Source of the DNA: Methanobacteriota archaeon
Lineage (GTDB): Archaea > Thermoplasmatota > Thermoplasmata > SG8-5 > JAGLSY01
Reading direction: 5' to 3'
NCBI GenBank assembly: GCA_020697715.1
Contig: JAEHCO010000001.1
Span: 98,394-162,393, forward strand
DNA length: 64,000 bases
Position numbers and translations under genes: made by a program. Positions 9,966-20,100 of the stretch are shown piece by piece. A model generated the notes under the pieces. That model saw nothing but the letters and a program-made list of their open reading frames with translations. It was not told the origin of the DNA and did not search any database. Positions within the stretch are counted from its first letter, which is position 1. Each line of letters starts with the position of its first letter.

Positions 9966-10083
9966 TTGTTTCCCCTGCAAAGGGTGGGTCTATTCGATGT
10001 CCCAGTATGGTGGGGGCCGGAAGGCGGGCGAATGAATCCATCAGGACAGTCCCAATATCTTCAGCCAGAAGCCTTTTCTTTTA

Positions 10084-10557
10084 TCACGATAGACCAAGTA
10101 TCTTCAGCCAACGATCAGCCAGCTCCTGCGTGATCGCATACCTCTTGGTCTTCTTATCGTCCAGAACTTCAACAGCTCCGACATCCACCAGGAAGGCTAA
10201 CTTTTCCCTCACGGTCTTTCGAGATGCGCTACCGCGTCTCTCCTTCAGGAGATCCGCGATCTGGGATATGTTCAGCTCCGGTTTTTCAAAGAGTATGTTG
10301 ATGATCTCCTTGGATATCGAATCCTTCAGTTCCGGCAATAGGAGGTCGGGCGAGATATGGCCGTGGCGGCGGTAGAGATCGATTATTCTGAAGTAACCCT
10401 CGGTGATGTTTCGAAGGCGGCCCATATGTTCAGCGAATTCTCCATATGGCTTGGATATGTCGCCCATGGTGTTTTCCAGACTGGCCATCTTCTCCGAGAT
10501 GTCTCTAAGCTCTTCCCGGATATCGGCATCTTCCTTCTTTTCGTCCTTGCTCGCCAC
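10084..10557 (-). CDS. winged-helix transcription regulator
   Basis: C-terminal HTH-like segment LNISQIADLLKERRGSASRKTVREKLAFLVDVGAVEV with an acidic/coiled N-terminus. Confidence 0.55.
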   Translation of the reverse strand: MASKDEKKEDADIREELRDISEKMASLENTMGDISKPYGEFAEHMGRLRNITEGYFRIIDLYRRHGHISPDLLLPELKDSISKEIINILFEKPELNISQIADLLKERRGSASRKTVREKLAFLVDVGAVEVLDDKKTKRYAITQELADRWLKILGLS

Positions 10558-10702
10558 GACACCATATTGATTAGAGTATCTATAACCCTTTTGTTTACTT
10601 CAACAATAATTGAGGTTGCCTTTTTGATCAATGAACTGTAGCAAAATATTATATTGATATCTCATTGATAAATTTATTAGTCCACAGGTCCATGACCCTT
10701 GC

Positions 10703-11362
10703 ATGGACGAAGCTTCCCCACAAGGTCTAAAAAGCATTGACAAACAACCTTACACACTCAATATGAACCCTGGAGTTTCAGTGTACGGAGAGGCATTGAA
10801 GAAAATATCTGGTTCAGAGTACAGATATTGGGATCCAAGCAGGAGCAAGCTGGCCGCCTATCTTCGCAAAAAGGGAAAGGAATTCTCTTATCATGAGAAT
10901 TCCAGCATCCTCTATCTCGGAGCAGCCAGTGGTACCACCGTTAGCCATCTTTCCGATCTTCTTGTAAATGGGAGGGTATTCGCGGTCGAGTTCTCCAGGA
11001 TACCTTTCACCAAGTTACTGGGTCTGTGTGAGACAAGAAAGAATATCATGCCGATACAGGGCGATGCGAACGATCCCGATGCCTACAGTTTCATGGTGGG
11101 CCAGGCGGATATTCTTTATGAGGATGTGTCCCAGAAGAATCAGGTCGAGATATTCATCAAGAACTCCATAATGCTCAAGAAAGGCGGCAAGGGATTCCTG
11201 GCTGTCAAGGCAAGATGCATCGATGTATCCAGAGATCCGAAGAAGATCTTTTCGGATTGTGCAAAGGAGCTGGAAGCCAGTGGTTTCGAGATACAGGATA
11301 ACCGAGATCTTGGACCTTTTGAAAAGGACCATGCGATGATCGTTGTAAAGAAAATTGTTTGA
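10703..11362 (+). CDS. flpA: fibrillarin (rRNA/tRNA 2'-O-methyltransferase)
   Basis: VYGE...YRYWDPSRSKLAA...LYLGAASGTTVSHLSDL...AVEFS...PIQGDANDP is a near-consensus fibrillarin sequence. The true start may be the internal M at MNPGVSVYGE. Confidence 0.85.
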   Translation: MDEASPQGLKSIDKQPYTLNMNPGVSVYGEALKKISGSEYRYWDPSRSKLAAYLRKKGKEFSYHENSSILYLGAASGTTVSHLSDLLVNGRVFAVEFSRIPFTKLLGLCETRKNIMPIQGDANDPDAYSFMVGQADILYEDVSQKNQVEIFIKNSIMLKKGGKGFLAVKARCIDVSRDPKKIFSDCAKELEASGFEIQDNRDLGPFEKDHAMIVVKKIV

Positions 11363-11470
11363 GCCTATATTTTATTGGAATATCATTTCTGCTATAATTA
11401 ATATGCTTAACTATAGTGATAATATAAATATTATTAGTAAGGTAACACTGTTGAAATACAGGTATTTGGA

Positions 11471-13954
11471 GTGAGAATAATGGGAAAAAAATATGGATAT
11501 AAACAGATAATGAGTTTTTTGATTTGTATAGCTTTGCTAACTACATCAGCTTCTATTGTCCTGGCCAAGGCTGGGGGATACTTTGACAGTGCTCAGACAG
11601 GCTGCGGTAGTTGCCATGGGGATACAGAGGATATGACCATCATCATAACCTTGACTGGCCTACCTGCTTCATACACTCCAGACCAGACATATCCACTGAC
11701 CTTGAGTGTCAGCGGCGGGACAGGAACTAGTGAGGGAGCTTTCAATCTAGAGGTCTCTGCAGGCACCTTATCCACGACAGATCCAAACGTGGATATTGAT
11801 TCGACCCCGAACCAGGCCGCACAGAACACAGACCAGTTCACAAGCTGGGATATGGACTGGACAGCTCCCAGTGCGGGTGCGGGAACCATCACAGTTTGGA
11901 CTGTCGGAATGACATCCAATGCAGATGGGTCAAAGAACGATGGAGATACATGGCGTTTGGCCTCTTGGACCTCTGACGAGGAAGCCGGAGGAGACACCAC
12001 ATCACCCACGATCACATCTACAACACCAGTGGATGGAGCAACTGATGTTGCTACGGGAACTGATATTGTCATCACCTTTGATGAAGCAATGAACACGGGA
12101 ACTATCACATACACATGCACACCAGACCCTGGAGGATGGGGAGAGACATGGAGCGGTGGAAATACTGTTCTCACACTCAGCCATAATAACTTCGCTGATT
12201 CCACATTGTACACATTTGATGTGACAGGAGGAGAAGATGTGGCTGGTAATCCATTAGCGGCAGGTATTGTCCCCAATCCATTCGACTTCACAACACTAAT
12301 TATCTCAAATCCAATTATTTCCAACTCAGCACCGATCGATGGCGCTATGGATATTCCAATAACTAGCGATGTGGTCATAACATTCGATGTGGAAATGAAT
12401 ACCGGATCAATAACATACACTTGTACACCAGACCCAGGAGGATGGGGAGAGGTTTGGAGCGGCGGGAATACCGTTCTCACACTCAGCCATAATGACTTCG
12501 CCGATTCCACCCCGTATACGTTCGAGGTGGATGGCGGCTTAGATCTAGGTGGCAATCCATTGATCGCAGGGCCTGTTCCGAATCCATTCGACTTCACAAC
12601 CATAACTATTGATCTGACTCCACCTGGAGCAGTCACTGGCCTTACAGTGGAGCATTACGGAACTGGGGGAGCAGGAGGGGATGCATTCCCCAACCTTGCC
12701 GGAGCACTAGATACAACCATAGATTCATTGGTCGATATACAGGCGGATGATGCAGCAGGAGCTTCACCAAGTGCGGTGGTCGCTGCTGACGGATGGTATA
12801 CCGTCGACAAGGGCATTGTATTATTTATGGATGGTTTTGACATAACTGGCTTGAGTGGCACGGTCACTGAAGCTACACTGGAAGTGCAATATTCGGTGGA
12901 AGGCGGATACACAGGTAGCAATGCGATTCAATGGGCCCTGGATGGTGGTGGACTCGCCTCCACAGGAATTACACCAGCAAATGGTCAATTGGATCAGATA
13001 GGTACATACGACCTCTTCGCGCAGGGTGTTGATACCCTTGCAGAGATATCCACACTGGATGTGGAATTCACCAGCAATGATGGTGCAGGACCTACAGCGG
13101 TCTCCTTTGACTACATAAAGATAATGGTAGTAGCCAGTGGAGGCGGAGGCCTGGATGACAATGCTGTCAATTGGACTGCCAGTTCTGATGACGGAGCAGG
13201 AGCAGATGATGTGGACTATTACAATATCTACCGTTCGGATGTTCAGACTGGTCCATGGGATTTGGCTCATATGATCGATACTGTAACTGCGACTGGAGCG
13301 GCATCATACAGCTATATCGATCTCCTGAAAGGACAGGCAGATGCCACTGACTGGTGGTACGTGGTAAGGGCAGTTGATCTTTCATCCAATGAAGAGATGA
13401 ACACGGTCTCGGTTCAAGAGCCCGTGGCGATCGTTCCAGAGTACCTCATTCCGGTGCAGGCAGGTTGGAACTTCATATCCATGAAACTGATGCCAGGTGA
13501 CACTTCCATACCCAATGTACTGACGGATCTGGATGGAGACACCACCTGGATATGCCTCCAATACTATGATGGTTCCAATGTGACAGATCACTGGAAGGCC
13601 TATGATCCTGCAATACCAGTCATCTCAGACCTATCCAATCTGGACGAGACCATGGGAGTATGGATATTAGTGGACGTGGTTGGAGACGGATTCATCAAGG
13701 TAGAGGGGGATGAACCCATTAGCACTGACATAGAACTGGTAGCTGGCTGGAACATGGTGGGCTTTCCATCACAGGTAGAGGGGGACACCGCCGGAGATCT
13801 GAAAACAGATTCTGGTGGCCTAGTGACATCGATTGAAAGGTTCAATGATGTGGCATCCTACAACATAGAGATCATGCCTGATGGAGATGCATTCCAGATA
13901 GGACAAGCATATTGGGTATACTGTACGAGTGCTTTCACCTGGACAATTCCATAA
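11471..13954 (+). CDS. secreted/surface protein with duplicated bacterial-Ig-like (BIg/SbsA-type) domains
   Basis: N-terminal signal/TM MSFLICIALLTTSASIVLA with GGAGTGA SD. Two ~100-aa tandem domains (PVDGATDV...ITFDEAMNTGTITYTCTPDPGGWGE...) fit the Ig-like fold of S-layer-type proteins. Thr/Ser/Gly-rich. Confidence 0.7.
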   Translation: MRIMGKKYGYKQIMSFLICIALLTTSASIVLAKAGGYFDSAQTGCGSCHGDTEDMTIIITLTGLPASYTPDQTYPLTLSVSGGTGTSEGAFNLEVSAGTLSTTDPNVDIDSTPNQAAQNTDQFTSWDMDWTAPSAGAGTITVWTVGMTSNADGSKNDGDTWRLASWTSDEEAGGDTTSPTITSTTPVDGATDVATGTDIVITFDEAMNTGTITYTCTPDPGGWGETWSGGNTVLTLSHNNFADSTLYTFDVTGGEDVAGNPLAAGIVPNPFDFTTLIISNPIISNSAPIDGAMDIPITSDVVITFDVEMNTGSITYTCTPDPGGWGEVWSGGNTVLTLSHNDFADSTPYTFEVDGGLDLGGNPLIAGPVPNPFDFTTITIDLTPPGAVTGLTVEHYGTGGAGGDAFPNLAGALDTTIDSLVDIQADDAAGASPSAVVAADGWYTVDKGIVLFMDGFDITGLSGTVTEATLEVQYSVEGGYTGSNAIQWALDGGGLASTGITPANGQLDQIGTYDLFAQGVDTLAEISTLDVEFTSNDGAGPTAVSFDYIKIMVVASGGGGLDDNAVNWTASSDDGAGADDVDYYNIYRSDVQTGPWDLAHMIDTVTATGAASYSYIDLLKGQADATDWWYVVRAVDLSSNEEMNTVSVQEPVAIVPEYLIPVQAGWNFISMKLMPGDTSIPNVLTDLDGDTTWICLQYYDGSNVTDHWKAYDPAIPVISDLSNLDETMGVWILVDVVGDGFIKVEGDEPISTDIELVAGWNMVGFPSQVEGDTAGDLKTDSGGLVTSIERFNDVASYNIEIMPDGDAFQIGQAYWVYCTSAFTWTIP
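12010..12610 (+). repeat. tandem duplication (~300 nt x2, roughly 80% nt identity by eye) encoding two Ig-like domains
   Basis: Direct comparison of 12010-12300 with 12310-12610 shows long identical runs such as acacatgcacaccagaccctggaggatggggagag. Confidence 0.7.
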
Positions 13955-14076
13955 TATCATGTGAATGAATGATAAATTAGAGTGGAGTGAGAGACGATAT
14001 AACGGAGTCCATATCTATTCTAATGGCAATCATATTCACCTTTATACCTATCCTCAAGAGTAAAATGCACTGAATG

Positions 14077-14090
14077 TTTTATATATAATA
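14077..14090 (+). promoter_or_regulatory. TATA-box-like element (TTTATATATAAT) upstream of the giant surface-protein gene
   Basis: AT-rich TATA-like sequence about 45-55 nt upstream of ATG 14132, followed by GGGGTG, which is SD-like. Confidence 0.35.
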
Positions 14091-14131
14091 AAAATAGTAC
14101 TTACATAAAATATAACAAACGGGGTGCGAAA

Positions 14132-17100
14132 ATGAAGACAGAGAAGATCTTAACCTTGGTCATTGTGTTAATGATGAGCTTGACACCAGTGACTGGCATG
14201 ACTTTTAATGATAATGCGAATGATAGTATTGTGGATCCAATTGTTCCGATGACCTCCACCATGGTCTATGGATGGGTGAATGATACTGGTAGCAATCCAA
14301 TGCCCGGCACCAGTGTGATATTCCGAGATACAGATACCGAGGGGATAATATTCTCGACTTCGACAAATGCAACTGGCTACTATAATATCACTATAAATGT
14401 GACCTATGATGGGCATATATTCGAGATGTATGGGGTTAACAATGTCGCTTATCTGTATCAGAATTATGTGGGATTCAATGAGGGGAGCAACAGGGAAATA
14501 AGCTTCGACCTGAATATGGCTCCAGCCAGGGATTGCTCTTTGGAAGGTTATATCACAGATTCTCTGACTGGCATGCCAATAGCTGGCATCAATATCACCG
14601 CTTCTGGTAATTCTTATTTGAACTCTACACAGACAAATGCCACTGGCTACTACCACATGGGCTTCATTCCTGATCAATATTCAATGGGCCCCGATGTTGA
14701 TGGATATGAGGACTGGGTGGAGCAATTTTACTTGAATTCCGGAGATAATTCATGGAGGAACATCACCCTGGAGCCCATCAATTCCACCCTCAAGGGCTAT
14801 GTTCTCAGCAGTGGAGGACCACTGGACAATGCCCAGATCAGCATAACCGACCCCTGGGGCGGCGCCTGGAGTGGAATAAGATACGAGGCCTGGACCGATG
14901 CCACAGGATATTATGAGATCAATCTCACTCAGGGCTCCAAGCCAGTTGGTTTCAGTGCAGATGGATTCCTTTCCATTTCAAGAGCTGTCGAACTAAAATT
15001 CGACGAGATATCTTGGCTCAATGTCACAATGCCTGATGCCCCACCAGATGATTTCATTGTATCTGGATACATAACTGATCTTAACACTGGAGATCCAATT
15101 TCAGGGGTCGTTTACCTCAATAATGCAAACCGCTCATGGTTCAATCAGACACTTGTCAATGCCACCACTGGCTATTATGAGATTTCCGGACCTTCGGAGG
15201 AGCTGACGCTCTCGGCCCAGAGTTACTGGGGACATTATGGCAACTCCACTACCATCAACCCAATGCCCAGTGATGTGCTTACCCAGGACATGGTATTGAC
15301 CAATGACACGGACTGGACCACCATCCAGGGGCATGTGGAGTTCGATTCCATGCTCATCACCGGAGCTCAGATCACTATCTATCATGGTAACAATAACTGG
15401 CAGACCAGTACAGATGGATTGGGAGATTATTCCATAAATGTACCATCTGGCTACATACAGATGGTCTGCTATTATAGACCAATGGATGGGACTCTTGGCT
15501 CTGAAATGGATTCCACCTTCATGACCACACCAGCCAATGGCAATGTGTGGAAGAATTATAGTTTGAGCAGATTGTCATTGGATTCCATACTCACAGGAAC
15601 AATTGAGGATTCTATGTCCGGTCTGCCTGTGGAGAATGCTCTGATATACATGGGAAACGCATTGCCTGGAATGGAAAATACCTTTGAGACTGGCGGAATG
15701 ACAGATTTCAAGGGTGAATATGAGATCTTGGCACCCAGTGGCCAGTTCAATACAATGGTTCTGGCAGAGGGGTATGAGATGATCATGGATACGGTTGATA
15801 CATCATCCGCGGAATGGAACTGGGATAATGCCACCCTTGACCCCATGACCGATACCATCACGATAATGGGATTCGTCAGAGATATGGACACTAGCCAATC
15901 CATAATTGGCTTGGAACCCACCGCTTCAGGAAATGACTGGATGGTATGGGGGAACGCGGAGGCGGGAGGCTATTACGAGATAGAGGTCCCTGTCGGAGAG
16001 GTTAGCCTCAGAATAGAGCCTGATTCCTATGGATATTATTCCCCAAGTGGCTTTGGATTCTATGCTGAGTCCGGAGTGGATATTTGGTTCAATGTGAGCC
16101 TACGCTCGAGACCATTGTCCATAATAGTACGCGGTTCAGTGCAGGAAAGCGATTCATCACTTGTGGCCGGAATAAATGTCACAGCCGAAGTTGGCTCTCG
16201 TGAGTTCACGACCATAACGGATGCTGGAGGACAGTATTCATTACAAGTCCCAAGTGGAAGGATAAATATCAGAGCCAGAGATCCAGGATATGGAGCAAAG
16301 GACATCTTCTATGACTGGTTCAATCAGGAATGGGAGAACCAGCAAGTAGACCTTACAGCAGATCCAACCAATGCCACGATCTCCAATATAATTTCAGACT
16401 GGGCCTATGATGAGGATGGAGATGGATTCTTTGACTGGCTGTATGTCAATGTCACATTGAATGTCAGTGGACAGGGAAGATTCGATCTGCAGGGCGGCCT
16501 GATGCCTACCAAGTACATGAGCGGCGATGGTGGAATGGGCGGAAGCAGCTCCATCTACACAGACAATGAGTCTGCCTTTGACCCGGGCATGAGAGTGATC
16601 CAGCTGGCCTTCCCAGGAGCTTCCATAAGGGCTTCTGAAATGAATGGTTATTATGTTGATCTGGAAATAAGGGAGGAAAGTCAGAACTGGAACTCCGTGG
16701 ACAGGTTCGGTTACAGCACGACCAGTAACTACACATGGGATCAGTTCGAGAAGCCAGATATTTCTCTGGTGAACATGCCTTTCGAATATTTCCCCGTGGA
16801 CACGGACTTTGACGGATTGTACAATCTACTACTTTTCAATGTCACGGTGGATGTGAAAGCCCCAGGCACTTATTCTGTCTTCACCATGCTTCAGAGCATG
16901 GCGCCCAACAGGGATGACAGCGAGCTGGGTATGCAGATGACGACCGAGGAATTGGAGGCTGGAGTGCAGACCATCAGTATGTCATATTCGGGATCCAATA
17001 TCCGCAATGGAGGATATCACCTGGGTGCGATGACCGTCATGCTTTTCAATGGCTCAATTGACATGGACAATGGCAAAATGCAGGATTCAGGTATATGCTA

Positions 17101-20100
17101 TATCCCGATGGACTACAGGCAATTCCAGTACTACAATATTGATTCCTTTGTCAATGGCACAGTTATGGACACTGGTGGTGCACCACTTTCTGATATCACA
17201 GTTGGAATTTATAATATAACTTCCAAGACCTGGAACGATACCACGACCGATGGAGCTGGCTATTACGAATTGGGTGGATGGAATGGAGAATGGTTGCTCT
17301 ATATGAACGATGACAACGATGATACGAGTGTGTATCAGAGCAATATGACAGTTTTGCAAATGCTATCCAATGATACCCAGGTCATAGACAGGAATCTTGA
17401 ATACACGATTCCAGACCAAATAATAAGGACAATAACATTCACAGACTGGAACACCACCAGGATGGAAGAGACCATCTACATCGAGAGCGACAATGAGACC
17501 ATAAGATTCGAAATGGACAGAGATCAGTTCGGAAATGGAGATGGGTTCATGAGCGAATCAGAAACAAATACGCTCATGTCATTTGTTGGAAGTGAGGTCC
17601 AGTGGGATCCGAACACAAATGAGACCATGCTCATTGATAATATCAAATACGATATGGATGGTGGCACAAATTCAGTGGATCTGGGAATCGTTGGCTCCTA
17701 TACGACAAAAGAGCGAGTGTACATTCACCAGATTGCGAATTACACTGCAAGCTCCAGTATTCCAGGTGCGACAGATCATTACCTCGAACTCAATGTCACC
17801 TATGACAATGTGAATGTAGATCTGTTCAGTGGTGGAAATGTTTCGCTACTATGCTATATCCAGCTCCCTGGGATGTGGGGACATGTTTCTGCAATTCAGA
17901 CCAATGTATCAATATCTGGAACGAACTATGTCACTATCAACCCCGGAGGGGATCCAAATCTTGGCGACAATGATCAAACAGAATGGATAAACATAACAGC
18001 ACAGGATGGGCAGCCAGTCACTACAGGTAACCTGGCTGGGAGCATCACCCTGGATGGCAATACTCAACACTTTGGGGTCACGGTCACGGTATACAATATC
18101 ACAACTGATGCCATTGTTGCATCTGGAGTCACAGATGCAAATGGTCAATATCATATCCACGGCATAGATGCCTGGCAGTACAATGTCACTGCCAGTAAGC
18201 CAGGATATGTGTCTGACTACACTGAGCCGGTTACCATAACTGCTGGAGGAACAACCTATGTTGATCTGACCCTCTATTCCTATCCGCCAACAATATACCA
18301 TACCCAGGTAGTTTTCAATTTGGAGAATAATACAGCTCCAATACCTATCTTTGTCCAGGTATTGGATGATGGTTCTGTAGGAGAGGTGACCATGTGGATG
18401 ACGGATGTTCACGGTGTACAGACAGTGACATCGATGGATGCGATGGATGCTACTAATTTCATGGCCACCATACCTTCACAGACAATTCCCGGGACATTAA
18501 CATATTACTTCATGGCCAATGACACAGCCGGTAATTCAGCGAACACAACGTCTTCTCTGAATATCATAAATGTCATTGAGCTGGCATCTCCTTTGATGAC
18601 CGTTGCCATTGATCCTTCATCTACTGAATATGGAGGATACACGAATATCAGCGCCATCATAAGTGATGATCATTCGCCTAATGTGTCAGTGTGGATCAAC
18701 ATCACCTACCCAGGCGGAGGAACATATAATCATTCCTTCTACGGAGATGGTCTATTCTTTGTCAATGATACTTATCTGGACCTCGGCACATATGATTATA
18801 CCATCTGGACCAATGATTCATTTGGCAATATCAATTACACTTCTGGAACATTCGTGGTTGCAGACACATTGCGCCCTATCATATCCAGCATATCAGTGTC
18901 TCCTGCAACCCAGGAGATAGAGTCAGCGGTCAATATATCGGCTGACATTGTGGATGTGTCTGGCATCGATCAGGTCTTCATCGAGATAATTGATCCAAAC
19001 AGCACCATGACAAATGTTTCTATGAGCAATGTAGCTGGCAATTCTTATTATTGGCAAGATAATTACAATATTGTGGGAACATATGATTACACAATATGGG
19101 CAATCGATAACAATGGATTGGTGAATTACACAATAGGCAGTTTCCTTATTCAGGATACAAATGCCCCATCCTTGATCAATCCAGTCACCATACCATCTGT
19201 CCAAGAGGCTGGAGATTCAGTCGTTGTCGGGGCAGAGATCACAGATCTTTCAGGTATCGAGGGTGCCTGGTTAGAGATCGTGGATCCAGACGGAGATATG
19301 ACGAATACCAGCATGACCCTGGGCACGGGAGATTACTACACTGTTGAGGATAATTACACCGTGATAGGGGTCTATGATTTCACCATCTGGACAAAGGATA
19401 ATAATGGATTGATCAATTCCGTATCCGGGAACTTCACCATAGAGGACACATTATTTGCCAATATATCTTCAAAAATCATCACGCCTACATCACCCGAGTT
19501 AGGCGAGGTCATCAATTTCACTGCCGAGATAAGCGACATATCTGGCATTGGATGGGTCAACCTCCTCCTGGAGAATGGCACAGCTGAAATATGGAATGTC
19601 ACACTGGATGGGAATAATACACATTACTGGTATGAATTCATCTTGCTGGAGCAGGGTACCTATCACCTTACAATGTGGGTGGAGGATATGGCGAACAATA
19701 CCAACAAGGCTTCTTTGATCTTTATGGTGCAGGACACCACTAGCCCGACCTTCACAGGAGGAATGGCTATACCCCATACTCAGGAATTTGGAGAGGATAT
19801 ACGACTTTCCATAGATGCGGTGGATGCATCGGGAATAGAAGCTGTCTGCATCTACATCCTATATCCTGATGATACCTTCATAAATGTGACCGCGAGTCTG
19901 ACCAGAGCGGAGTATTATTACATCTTGGAGATAGACTCCATCGGTACGTACAGCTACACCTTCTGGATAGATGATATGTCCGGTAATACAGCCAGCGTAT
20001 CGGGGACTTTCATTGGACGGGATACAATTGACCCGATCGCTAATGCAGGACCATCCCAGAATGTTCTCGTGAGAACTCTGGTGAATCTGGATGCCAGCCG

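Noticed and set aside
11570-11640. CxxCH (GCGSCHGD) taken as evidence for a cytochrome c
   Set aside because: It is a single motif with no further heme sites, and no cytochrome-c maturation genes are in the window. Kept only as a low-weight note.
11593-12636. 347-aa minus-strand ORF antisense to the 827-aa secreted protein
   Set aside because: It is Pro/Ser/Val-rich low complexity, mirroring the Thr/Gly/Asp-rich sense strand; the sense ORF has a signal peptide, an SD and domain structure.
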